Of a stretch of DNA of 64,000 nt, positions 1 through 14,931 are shown piece after piece; within the stretch, counting starts at the first letter, position 1; the number at the start of each line of letters is the position of its first letter. The DNA comes from Phoronis australis. Its lineage: Eukaryota; Animalia; Phoronida. Both the position numbers and the translations under genes were made by a program. The notes under the pieces were generated by a model, which saw only the letters and a program-made list of their open reading frames with translations, searched no databases and had not been told where the DNA came from. The stretch lies in NCBI GenBank assembly GCA_002633005.1, contig NMRA01000178.1, positions 282,520 through 346,519 of the forward strand, given 5' to 3'.

Positions 1-272
1 CCTCTCCAATTTGGGAGTCTCTAGAATTTGGACACGGAAACTATCATGGCAAATTTTTATTATCTTGATTCTGGAATTTGGGACAAGTGTGATTTTAGCA
101 TTCACCATATTTCAGACAATGTGTTTTCAATCTACAGATTGGGTGATTTGTATGTTTTTGGTGATTCGTGAATTTGGGACAGCCAATATTGCCTATTTCT
201 AGAATTTGGAAAAATCTCTGTCCTTGAGCAAAATAATTTTTCACTGTCCCACAGCTGAAAATTTTTACTGTA
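1..272. mobile_element. MITE (TA-flanked, TIR TACAGTAAAAATT), partial; same family as 49075-49339
   Basis: The reverse complement of 49075-49339 aligns along this segment (e.g. TCTTGATTCTGGAATT, GTGTTTTCAATCTACAGA, CCTTGAGCAAAATAATT). Both carry an AATTTTTACTGTA end. Confidence 0.75.
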
Positions 273-464
273 AATAGACGATGCTTACTTTTTGGTACCA
301 TGTTATCTGAACAATAATTGGAATGTATTTAAAAGTTGCTATTGTAAACACGCTCTGTTATTTTGGCCGTTTTGAATGTGTCTCCACTTATTCCTAACTC
401 AGATCATGAGTGACTTCCAGACTAAATAACTAACAGTCTCTTCTCATTTAAAGCCGGCCAACTG

Positions 465-600
465 TTCAGTAGCGCTAGGACCTCCCTGTGCACCAAAACA
501 TTGCAAGATTACATGAGATATCGTAGAGTACTTTAAATGAGAACATGCGATTTTTGCTAGACTTTAGCGAGGCCCAAACATAGGTCCTAGCGTTACTCAA
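465..600. mobile_element. Small MITE-like element with 19-bp terminal inverted repeats
   Basis: TTCAGTAGCGCTAGGACCT ... AGGTCCTAGCGTTACTCAA (2 mismatches). Confidence 0.6.
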
Positions 601-1061
601 CTCTACTCAGGATTAATTTCATTTATGTGTCAAAAACAATGTGGCTGACCAAATAGGTTTCGAGATAAAAAGCTAGGTGGAGTTATAGTAGTTAACCATT
701 GTGGTCTTGACGCAGAAAATGACACGGTATGGCAAGCCAAGTTATTGAATCTGTTCTACAAACTAATATCATATGCCATGCCCAAAATCCCTAATGTTCA
801 GTGTAATCTGTATAAGCTGAGATCAAAGATATGTGGCTCAAATCATGACACAATCTAACGTTCGACATGTGGAGGAGTGTTAACAGCTGATAGATTTGAA
901 CAGGACTGTAAACTACTACTGAAGTGAAGGATATTTCAAACTGGTATGGAAGTTCAGTGTAACTGTACAGCTGTCAATACACACTGAACAAGCTGTACAT
1001 ACATGGACTAGATTGATGAAAATCAATTTGAAGATTATTACAAGACGTGATAAAAGGATAC

Positions 1062-4000
1062 TGGCCCAGTCTAGACTTGTTCTTCACCACATATTTGGCA
1101 CCCTGTGTCTCGCTTGTCTCCTTGCCATCCATATGCTCGACACCCCGCCCTGAAAACACAATAACATATTGAAGCCGTAGCTTGGTGAAATTAATAACAG
1201 TAATGAATTACTGCCACATCCTGATCACATCTTACACGTTTTACAGTTTGATCCCTTATCGGATTTTCGCTGAACTTGGGGACCAAGTTCTGTGTTAAAG
1301 TTGTTCAACTTAATGCTCATGTCTTGCCATTCGACTTATGCAGGTTCCACTGTGGAAATGACTGCAACACAACGTTCCCCCTTAATGGTGTGAAACAACT
1401 TCATAGCTAAAACGGGTTGTAGGTGCATTACTCTGAAAGCAAGGGTGCATTTTCCGTAAGATCAAAAAGTAGCAACTAACTTCACGTTTATCAACAACTT
1501 TCATTAACGACATTAATGAACTATATGTGCCAGTGTAAAGTACAAGTTACAAAGACTCGGTATATAACCTTTGGTGAAACGGGCCCCAGGTTATGAAGTA
1601 ATGCACTATACAGTTTGGTGACAATTCCCACTAATTTCACCCAAACAATGTTGCCGAAATTGTAAGCTTTCAATTTTTGAAGTCTACCTACACTACAAAC
1701 GAGCACACATTAAAGGTTAATTTCAGTGGTTAAAATTATCTAATGGGAAGTCATATGTCGAAGACACACAAACGCAAACAAATAAGTATTCTGAACACTT
1801 CATCTATGCGCAATTACATGATTGTTTCTAAACCACTAAATCCAATGCAGCAATTCAATGTGCTGGGCAGGCTACTTGCTTCTCTAGCTGATTGTCAGGC
1901 AATGCAATGACCGAGGGGTATGCCTGTTGCATGTTTTACCACATTAAACATTAGGACTGACCAGACACATTGTCCAGGAAGGTCACTTTGTAATGCAGAT
2001 GTATTTCCCAGCTAAGATTACGACTTCACCAATTAGTGAGTGGAATGTACTGGCCAGTTTGATCTTATTCCAGGTAATGACCATAGAAACTGGAAATCAA
2101 GGATAAACCCTGGAGTATGCCTTTAAAGCTTATCCAAGTAAATACTCCCTAACATGATTTAAGCAAAAACCCATACATCACGTTTCCAACGTACCTTTGC
2201 CTTTCCATTTTAATTTGGCAACAGACTGGCTGAAGTCAACATGTATTCGTCGGTCGTCGATTAGAACATTGTCCATCTTGAAGTAAGCATTCTCGCAACT
2301 TTGAGTCTTCAAAGATAAACAACCATTGCAATACATTGAATAAGTGCAATAATCAGACATGTAGATCTTTGGGCAATAGTCTAATATAACATGCCCGCAT
2401 TTTGAGAACAAATTTGAAGCCCGTTATTCAGTGGAGAATACTGGTTCTCAAAATATGGGCACATTATATCAGACTATTACAGATCTTCATACTGTCTGTA
2501 TTGCCAACACATCATGTGACTTTAGCATAACCTCGATGGATGCACTCATGTGAGGAATTGAAAGATCACAGAATAAACCGTAGGTAATATACTACAAATA
2601 TTTGAAATTGGCCTAAACAGACCAAATACTCTAACGTCCACCTTATTCAATAATATCCATACTTTACAGATCACATTGTACATGACCAATTTAAACATTC
2701 AAACTCCTTGACAACTGGTAGATTGTATGCAGTCCTCGACAACAGATAAATTGCATCCTTCTAAAAGGTTTCACCAGCTATCTTAAGTGTCCAAGCTTGA
2801 CTGACCATTGTATGGAGACGAGTATACAAAAATTGTACTCACACTTAGTACAGTCCCAAGAGTTCAAATTCAGCTCCCTAATCAGAATATGTCTAGACCT
2901 ACTGTATGGTTAGACATGTGAGCTGTCACATGATCGTCAGGCACAAGAACAGAAGAGAAAGGACTCGGGTTTTGCAGAATGTAAATTTATGCTGCAATGC
3001 TACTGCGAACTCAAAAACTTTAAGTGTCCGCAAAGACTATTAATCTTTTTCCCAAGTTCATTTTGTACATCATTCAAACTCGACAAAATGCCACCAGACA
3101 TTGGTAAACCTTAGTGGGCCAACAGAGCCACAGTACACAACTCACCGATATCAGGAACTGATTTGGCTAATCAGCACACAAAGGGTTAACGTAGTGTCAC
3201 TGTCTGCCTATCATTTTGTCAGTTACATATCAACAAACTAGACGAGAGCTATTTAATTGACCTATCTCAGTGACCTTGGTTCAGAAAGTGGATGAACTTT
3301 AATAACCTAAGTATTTATTTTGGTTTAAAGACTTAATTTCTTTTTTTTCAATCATTAAAATCGATAATGTTATACCTACATCAAAATACAACAGTTATTG
3401 TCATTTAAAATGTGAACGCATTTTTGGGAAACTGTACACTGAAATAGAGAAATATTCGGCAGCAACACAGCTGGAAACAATCAATGAAAAAATGAGTAAC
3501 TTTCAAAATACCGAAATTACCAAATATCACATCAAAACAACTCCAGTAAAACCAACTCACTTCTTTGAATTCAATAAATGCATATTGTAAAGATTCTCCA
3601 CTCTTGTGATCCTTGATAACTTCACAGCTGAAAAATAAAATATCCAACTCAAAACAGTTACTGACTGTAGATTAGATTTAGTAACATCGTCTAAACAAAG
3701 TGTTATGAACCTTGACTTTGTGTGATTGAAAGTTGACATTCGCAAAGCTCCTTCTTCAAATGACTGATATGACCCCGAGTGTTACAACTAATAAATGTTA
3801 GAAAAAATATTTTCAATTCTTGTGATCTGCACTTTCTCTTGTAAATTTTTCTTGTAAAGACGAGTTACAAATGATTTTTGAATCCACCATGAGAAATTAT
3901 AGCTTTGTATTCTTCCAATTTTGTTTTGCAGTAGTAGAGACCAGCAATTATAAACCACTAAATACCTTCTAGCTGCCAGCAGGTGTACAAGACAACAACT

Positions 4001-7000
4001 AGTATAAAGTAAACAATGAGCGTGTCGGTGCTAAAATATATTGAAATATTCCCCACGTTTCGTGCAGTACGCTTTTTACGAGGGCATGACACAGACAATC
4101 TGTCGTTTTACTTCATACTACTTTACTCTTCTTAACCTCCAGTAACTACATGACATTTAAACACCTATGATGACAAAAACTGAATGCAAAAAGGATGGCA
4201 CTGTCATGTGCTTGAGATTCATCACAAAGTGAATGACTAGCAATTAAATATGCGACTGGTCATCAAAACCATGTGTGTAACAGAACTATTAAAAAGTAAA
4301 TGTCACATCATATCTGGTGAAACACTGCACCTGACAATGTCACCAAAGCGCGAGAATATAATCTCCAGATCCTCCTCTGTTGTGACAGGGTTCAGTTTAC
4401 ATACAAACAGGACGTTCTCAGGTGGTGGGGCATCAGCTGCAGGCAGGTCACCGATCTAGTAAATACACAAACGTAAAATCAATCAAACGAATTCACAATT
4501 TACAAAAAAAACACAAAAAGGCATTTAGAGCGTTCTGATGACATTCTATCACTGTTTGAGAAGACCGTTGTATTGAGATATGTCATCGCATCATTTCAAG
4601 TGCAAAATAATGTTTCTTGCACAGAATACATTAATTTTTAAATAAACATCTCCTCTGCACATGAATCAACTGCCGCAACTTTGCAGTTTATGACTCTTCC
4701 GTGTTCACAAAAAATTGTTGGTGTCAGAAAATAATACAGAATGTGTGTGTGTGTGTGTGTGNNNNNNNNNNNNNNNNNNNNACGTGTATCAGACCGCCTG
4801 CAATTATTTTTTTAATTACCTAATGCTGGCCATTACATCCTACCCCATGATCATGATACATGACCATGATTTTGAAAGGACAATTACTATGAACGAAGCT
4901 TTATTACGACTTAGTATGACTCATCAGTATTGGTAGAAAGTCAACCAACTTTAATCTCTAGCAAAAGTAGCAAGCAACTGAACCATAAAACCTAGCTCTC
5001 TACCAAAACAACCTTCTCACCAATGCCTCCACACAATATTCTGAAAAAAGTACATATGACTAATATGCAAATTGTTATCACTCAAAACAGCAACAAATGC
5101 CTCACCATCTCCAAAATCTGGGCATTAGCCTTGGCCTCTTTCTCTTGGTGAATTTCTTCCACTTCTCTCTCGGTCTTCCCCTCCGTGTCATCAATTTCTT
5201 CATCAACCCCTATGTAGCCTTGGCCCTACAAAAACACATAATAGTGAACAAGATGAACAACGTACACACTTGACACAAGACACTGGACACAAGACACTGG
5301 AGACAAGACACTGAAAACATAGAAATTAGGAAGCGAAGCAATAGGCAATGTAATGGCACAGCCGTAAAATTCAACTTGGCTTGTTTCAGTTTTAGTTTTT
5401 CGTTGGTACATCTCCCCCATGATAATCTTGAGTGAATATAGCCATCACCGGCATACACTGCAAAGCAATGGTGAAACAGTGTAAGCTTAAACTATCTGAT
5501 GATGCATGGAGGAAGTGCTTCACATGCACACAAACAAAACACACATTTCCAAGCTCTATTAAACCAAAGCGTTCATAGAAGCTCTTGTACTTCGACAGGC
5601 TTGGTTTTCGGTGGTGATCCAGGTTAATACTGGACACTACAGTGTAACTGGTCATCGAAACATCATAGGCCACACGACACCCTCAAGCTTCCCTAAGTGT
5701 GGCACGGTAGTTGAAACTCCAAAACATCTAAAGAAAATCATTCTGCCTACCAAAGGCTTCCCAATATACTACATGATGGATACATACACTGCCTGGAAGA
5801 AATCGCTTAATCATTCAGGTTTAACAGTCTATATGAAGAGGCAAGAGGATGCGTTTATATTGAAGCGTCAAAAGGGCTACTTACATCTAACTGTTCCTTT
5901 GTTGGCTCTGGAGATTGTTCAGGAACCTCTAACCCAGGTGGGTCATTGTAGGGGTCATCCAGTATGACTGTGTGGAATATCCTGGGAAGATATATAACAG
6001 TCACTAGCATGTACTAATCACTGATAACATGTCACGACACTGACCTACATGCAGACGGACACACTTGTCACTGACCTACTTAAAGAAGAATAGTGTGAGG
6101 GCAGTAGAGGAGTATGGGAAGGTTTCATGCCTTACAACAAAATGACAGAGTTGCGTCTGATTATTCTCGATTTGGTGCTGCCAATCAACTAGCAAGAGCC
6201 ACAAACAACCTGGGCCAGCCAGCTTGCTAGACTCACGATTATGGCGACACTGTTAATAATAATAATAATAATTCCTCTAAATCCCACCAATGTCTGGAAA
6301 AAGTGAATAACATCCAAGGACATTTAATAATCTACGGGCTGCCAGCCCATTTCGCACTTTATCTCAACACTTCATGTTAAAGACATATAAACATGTATTT
6401 TGCTAGTGAAAACTTGAATGTATGATTTAAATACTTTCTAAAAGTTCATATTTCATTAAAAATGATGTGATACACCCAAAAACTACATATTTCAATTTTA
6501 AGTAATGTTCACCTAAAAAGCGACAATACAAACTCAGCTCACTATCTAGGTAGGTACCCAGGAAATTATTGCTGAAGTTGGCGCGACAAAATGTGTTTAA
6601 TTCTTTCTCCTGTTTTCTAATGTATTCTAAATCCTTGGAACATCAGGAGATGAAATCTCACAATACTAAGCCACAAATGCACAATTTTCATTAGTTAATC
6701 ATTCACTGACTAGTTTCAACTGATCAATCAGTATAGGGAAAGCATGACTGTGCAAATTACAGCAGTACTCAGATACGTCATATTGGTCAGATCTCCTGCT
6801 CCGGAGTAATTCTGTCATTTACCATCATATTTTTCCTCTACCAATTTCGCCGATCTTGGTTCAACAACATCAATAATTTTAAAGTAGGTATTATCTTTTG
6901 CTTTCAAGTGATTCTCCCAGGAAATAGATGCTCAAAATCTGTAGCATATTCATGCCATAAAATAAAAATGTGGAATCTATGTAAATCTGATTATAAATAG

Positions 7001-10000
7001 TTGTCATTCCTCTAAGCCATGTATCTAACATTGTAAGATCTGCACTACTCAGAAAATACAATGAAAGCATTGAACTTCCAATATACACGATGTCTTCCGT
7101 ATGTAGTGTTGTGGAATAAACACATGAGTGACTTTTATAAAACTTCACTAGTCGAGGTTCAAAACTTGTTTCAAGAAAACTCACAATTTCCAGCCAAATT
7201 ATTATTATTAAACGAGTGTTCAAAAACTATTTATTACACGTTTATTATCTGGTTATATCTTCCTGACGGTACTTATCGCAAGATTTGGCACTGATATCTC
7301 TGCCTCCGACAATCGCCATAAAGCATACATTTATGCTTAGATACCTATAAATTGTAGAGCCACAAAATCATACGGCACACAGTCAATCATGTAGTTGCAC
7401 ACACACACACATACCTTATGTCTTGATATGGTCGGTTGTTTCCATCACAGATTGCTTCATTCAGTTTCTCTAGTGTGTCAAACCCCTCTGACACTTCTCC
7501 AAACACTGTGTGCACCCCATCAAGGTAGTCAAGGTTCTCTCCACTTGTGATGAAGAACTAGAATAAGGTGTACTAGAATTAAATCTGTTCGTCAAATCCC
7601 TCACTCTCTCACTTAACAAACAACGTGGAGCTCGGTTCAAAGTGTCATCTGCGTCATCTTTAACATAATTTATAAAACTGTTAAAAGTTTAAATTATTCA
7701 TAAAATAACAAGACATCTTATATGAAATTTGACATGACAAGTGTTGTGATTTTACAAAAACCTGATGACAAAATTTTATAGTCTTGAGTTAACTTTTTTT
7801 TTATTTTACTATCAATCGAAAATTACTGCCAAAACATAATCTAAAATTGAATAGACTAGTTACCTGTGACCCATGCATGTTACTGCCATTATTCACCATG
7901 GATACCAGACCAGACTTCTTATGCTTTATTCTGGGTTTCACTTCCATTTCAAAGAATTTGGCTTGCTCACCGTAGATTTTACTAAAACCAGATGGCACAC
8001 TTACACCAAGCAAACTGAACTTTTTATCCAACAGCTAAACCATTACTGCTACTGACTCACACAAATCTTGACCAAATGAAACACAGATTATAATATAATT
8101 CTTTAAGACTGTCTTTATTCAACATAACACTAACAGTTTCACTCAGCACTTTATAGATTTGGAGGAAAGTTTCAGGGAAAATTGTAAGTCCGTCAAGATC
8201 GATTAGATTCGACTGCGTGATCGCAGGTGTGAATCCAAGATCCTGACGAGAACAAACATAGGGGTGCTTTAAATCTCCATTAAAGCATCATCGCAACTGC
8301 CACTGAGAAAAATAAATAGATTCTTAACAAGGGAACAGATATAAATTTAACCATTCAGCTTGTGGATAAAGCTTGCGGTGAAATTACGATACAATAACCT
8401 CTTGATGGAGGTCAGTGTTCTCCAAGTGAGTTCTTGTGTCATTACACTTCAGCTGAACAAAGACGTAGGGTATGCTCATCAACACAAAATAAAAGCAACA
8501 TATAGAACATCAATTTAACAATTTAGGGACATTTTGACAAAAATTAAATCCAACAAAGTATATGTGATTAATTTAAAACAAGTAAGAGTAACACCTTTCA
8601 GTAAGAATGAAAGAGTCATGAAAAGTCAGAAGGTCAAAAGGTAGGGATGTCGAATGGACACCAAAGGCAAATCAACTCACGAGAACACAGACGCACCACC
8701 ACGCCCAGTCCCTGTTGGATCCCCAGTCTGAGCCACAAGATTTTGCTGTAAGAAAACAGCAAAATTTACATAATGACAAAATCTATCGTTAAATAGAAGA
8801 TCTTATTCAAATGACTCCATTTTCCTTTGTTTAATAGTTGGCTGAACATTGTCAGTTAAAAATATTCCACAGTAGAACATTATAAGAAGGTTAAACAATC
8901 AGTTATTTCTTAAAAAGTCCGACTGGGAAGTCATTGGAAGGTTATTAAAATGATAAATCCAGACTCTTGTAGATGTCATATGTCCTTTAAATCAAACCAT
9001 GGCAGACCAATGATGTGAATTCTTAACATTAAACAAATATAACAAAAAACAATTTGACAAATCAGAAACTGATAGACAATTCAAAGTGGATATAAATTTA
9101 CCTTCCTAGAAAACAACTTTTAATTTACAGCACTGACCGTTATGACATTGGAGCACTGACCGTTATGACATTGGTCTCAAATGGCTCCTCATCCTCTATG
9201 TGAGATCACTAAACTTGACAAGAATGGACAGTTGGTTGAAATGCGAAGCTGCAAGTCGCCGAGCAGTCTCAAGCAAACTGTCAGTTCTTTACAAGAACAA
9301 AAATCACTTCACATCTGAGTAAAGAACAGGGACCGGTTCCAAAAACTGACCTAAGGTCATTTTTGACGAATGCATAAGATTTGTCTTAACTTCCAAACTT
9401 TGAAACTTCCACATCTGGTAAGATAGTCAAATTAAGACGAAACTTAAAAACTTAAGTCAAACTTAAGATCTCTTTGAAACGGTCTTTGGACAATTATAAA
9501 TTTTATCTTAAACTTTTTATACTAAATCGTTGTTGTACTTTATGCATTCCACAAACCTGAACAGAGTGGAAGAGACACCAGTTGTAATACTTGATCTTGC
9601 ATAACTTGAGGAAGTTCAGGCAGCCTGAATGAAAAGCAAGATTAAGAACACAGCAAAAAGTAATACAGCTAGGCTAAATAACAGTTGGTACCCCTCTAGC
9701 AGTTGGTACCCCTATAGCAGTCATTCAGAAAAAGACTTGGGCCGGAACAATAAACAGAAGAAGTCATTTTTTGAAATGAGGCTTTTTTAACGACATATTT
9801 TTTAAATTTGGAATTGTGGACTCTTGACAAGGAAACGTGAACAGAACAGATGATCATGTTATAATCCAGGTTGGCAATTACACCGCAGCCATGACGCAAA
9901 CATACAGGAGCCATGGTACACCCCAATAAAAAGTTTTTTATCTCAAAATACAGTGAGTAACATGAATGAAACATGCACGTATACACATGGAGTTATGATT

Positions 10001-11402
10001 AACAGATCAAAATTCTGGAGACAATATAATTTGAACATATCCATGAAAAACTGCACAGGGTGCCATTTTGAGGAAGTTATGCGAAATTATGCCTAACCCA
10101 ACAGAAGCAGGTTCTCAAACCATGAGGATTTCACTGTATCAGAAGACTTTCACTGCATCAGGAGAACTACATATATGTAAAGTATATTATTTATGTCGAG
10201 ATGAGGCCTAATGTTATGGACAACTATGTGCTCCATAAGTTTGGAACATATACTCGGGAACCCAATGGTCGTCCGCCTAAGCATAAAACCGACTTGCTGT
10301 TGTACTCACCGAATTATTCCACTTCAAAGTTATGATCTGAATAGGATTCGATTTAACTCTCACAGATATACCGCATTCATCGATTCGGAAGTTTTCTTTA
10401 ATTTGTGCCGAGTTATTTCAAATGTGCACTGCCTTCGGCAGCCATTTTATTGTGACACCTAAGGTCGTCATATGCTGCCCCCTTTTGTAAAAACTGAGAA
10501 ACATGCAGAAAAAGGCCAACGAAGTAATGAAAATTGCAACAGCCTGTTTTTATTGACATAAACTCGATTTGAAGCTTTGATGTTGAGCTCTGCACTGTGG
10601 TTTCCAATAAAAGCCAATTGGACAACATTTCAATGCAGTTTAATGGTGAATGCGTGAGGCAAAAATGTTAAGAACCCAGCGTATCGCATTTGTCTGCGGA
10701 TTTTTCCTTTGGCCTTCTAGATCCTACTAGTGCCTGGGACAAACAGATACATTGCATAAACAAACCCTGGATCATGTTTTGTGTCCCGTCGGAAGAAAAT
10801 TTAAATTCGAAAACATCTTCTGAAAACGCACAAAAAGTGTATTAGTAAAATCTACTGATTTTTAAGTGGTTTTAAAAAACAATCGGTAAACTCACCGATT
10901 TTTGTCTCATTACTTTGATACGTGTCTCTTCCGATAAGTTAGTACCTAACGTGCACACGAGCACTCCAAATCGGAACGCTAAGTCCCGCGTGGTTGCGCT
11001 GCACGCGAAACAAGATGGCAGACGACCTTTGGAGCCTGACGACAATAGGTAACCGGACTATATATGGGATATGGCTATGCAGGTGAGTGATATTGGGCGG
11101 TAGTTTGAAGCCAAAGTTTTAACTTTTATCATCTTACTTGGAGATGGGTGCTACGTTTGCAGTTAGCCACTCTGACGGAACTGCAGATGTTTGACATGAT
11201 TTGGATGAAACAGGTTCTCAAAATCTGGGACCGCTATATCCGACAAGTGCCCACTGTACGTCATCAATGGTCATGTTGCAATGTATTTCACACAGACAGT
11301 GCCAGTGCACAAACGATGTAGGGCCTACTTACACCTTGGTCGTTCTTCAGTATAGAGGTCAATCGTCAAATCTCCTAAGGACGTTTCTAATATAACAGCC
11401 AT
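1062..11402 (-). CDS. PPIL4: Peptidyl-prolyl cis-trans isomerase-like 4 (cyclophilin + RRM), 3'-partial; exons 11333-11402, 9557-9624, 8681-8745, 7864-7981, 7415-7557, 5885-5981, 5106-5225, 4331-4455, 3561-3627, 2195-2306, 1062-1149
   Basis: The spliced translation reads [38 protein letters not shown]...[12 protein letters not shown]...[36 protein letters not shown]...[28 protein letters not shown]...AFIEFKE...[28 protein letters not shown], which is typical PPIL4. All junctions are GT-AG and phase-consistent. The remaining exons lie before position 1. Confidence 0.96.
2355..2498. mobile_element. Foldback/MITE with ~55-bp imperfect inverted arms
   Basis: AATAGTCTAATATAACATGCCCGCATTTTGAGAAC pairs with GTTCTCAAAATATGGGCACATTATATCAGACTATT. 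Confidence 0.6.
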
Positions 11403-12692
<1,290 letters not shown>

Positions 12693-14931
12693 AAGGGCTT
12701 GCTTTTATTTTGACATTACATATGCGGGATTAAATTTTTTAGTAATTTTATTCAAAACTACTTCCATTGTTCAGTGAAATAAAACAGTTCATAGAAAAAT
12801 GTTTGGTACACTTTGTGTTTTGTTTTGTTTTTTACTAAATTTATTTTGCGCATTGTATGCAACGTTTCAAATTTTTACATGAACCATAGTTATAAAAGAA
12901 CACAGATTCAGTTAGGGAATAGTCATAGGCGCATACACGAAAAACACTTGAGTAAACAATTTACTTTGAGAAAATGCTTTGTTTTGTGTATACTTGTATG
13001 GACATAAATATGCATATGAAAGATGAGAGGAAAACTTTTTGTACTGAAAAAATTGTGATTTTTACAAAGTCCCCCTCTGGGAGTTTCTGTCTGAATGGAT
13101 TAATTGCTTTACAACCCTTGGAACAATATTTTAACAAAAAATGAATGCAAAAAACCCATTATTAAAATTGAGATGAATGACAACCTGTGTTGCATCAGAC
13201 CACTTTGCAGTGCCAACTGTTGAATCTTGTGTTTTCAGATCAACTTTATTTTATCTCTTAATAATTTACACAATGCATATACAGTGCAGTTTCAGTGTCC
13301 AGATACATGAGTGACTAATCAAAAACTCCATTTTTTTATTGCCCTATTAAGATGGTTAAAAACGAAAATGAATTGGACCGTTTGCTCTCGCAAAATTATT
13401 CTGATAACATTCCTTAAAGGGTTGTATGCTATCAACTTAAGGCACACCCTGTGCGTTCATGCACCACTTTTAAATTGATAATTTTGGAGTTGGCCAATCC
13501 AATGAACTCGAGCGTTTGCTTGAATCTAGTTGACTTAAGTTGGAAACGGGAATAAAATTCTATCGTTTAAAGACTATTATGAGACTCATTTTATCTAAGT
13601 AAGAGCAGGAAGAGATAAAAGATAGTTCGATTTTCATTTTTAAACAGTGAAACGCAGCTTTAAGACTACAAAAGCATCAATTTACAACCACATTTCTCCG
13701 GGCTTTCCTTAAAATTGACGTGCAGGTTCTGGTATCACCCGTAAGGGGTTATAGAGAAGATATAATGTATACTTTTTCCACATTGTGCTCACGTGACTTC
13801 TAACTTTGCTCAACTACTACACTGCATTGTGGGAAGTCTTCCCCACTGTGATGGCCCGTAATTCCACTTAGTGCTCCATAAACTACTTTCACAAGTTTCT
13901 CGTAGATATCCGCTAACCAAAAAGTGACATTTCACAGCAGCACTCAACGACTTCGCTGGGCAACTGATCTGTTCCTAGGAGGTTTGATAAACCCGCACTA
14001 AAACCCAATTACACTGATTCATCGCCTATGCTGTGGACTTTTCCAAGCCATGCCCCCTATAATCGCTGCATTAGGCGCTGTCTTAAAGACTCCCATAAAA
14101 ATTCAAGGCTCTGTGAGAGACTGTATTAACATATGACTGAAGTTCATGCTGACTCGTGAATGGCGGGATACAGACGACATGGTTTTGACCGTGCCAGTGC
14201 AGAAAATACGTTGTGGGCCATATAACCACTGACTTATACCTACCAATTACCAGACCTACCTGTCCATAGTGACAGAACAATTTACGTGTTCGCTGATCGA
14301 GCTATACACAAAGATTTTGTATTTATCTTTCGTATCAAAGTTCCCCACATGATAGTTTTCGACTGATTGAATTTGCATTGTCCGAATTTTTCATGCGGTT
14401 TTAACAATAAAAAGAAATGGAAAAGAACCAATTCTTTCGTTCGGTAATTACATAAAAAGCACCGGCCGTCGCACTACGTGGACCAAATGGAGTTCATCGA
14501 CTGACGGATTCGTCTCCTGCGTATACTTCATTTAACATAAGTTAATTTGGGGGTTTTATTGTAGCTTATTCATCATTTCGTGAGGGTGGCGTCAATTGTC
14601 GATGAAGACAATGCCGAACAGATTGAAACAAATAACACTTTAACTTTATCAAAACTAGTAAATACTTTAATTGATTTAACAATATACCCAGTTTTTTAAA
14701 CAAAAGTATATGATTGATTGATTGATTTAATACATAACTTTAAAACATAAAAACGTAATTAACTATAACAATAATAAAAATAAAAGTGTGCAAAAGTATA
14801 GAAATTGTCGCATAGCACTAATCTCTGCCAAGGTTAGTACGACATAAAAATGTCGCTTTGAAATACACATCGTCTCAATTTGAGACGCAAACTGAACATC
14901 GCAGCTATAAAATACTAGCACATTAAATTCC

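Noticed and set aside
10424-10450. GTGCACTGCCTTCGGCAGCCAT resembling the 5' stem-loop of U6 snRNA
   Set aside because: Similarity stops after ~20 nt; no ACAGAGA box or remainder of U6 follows.
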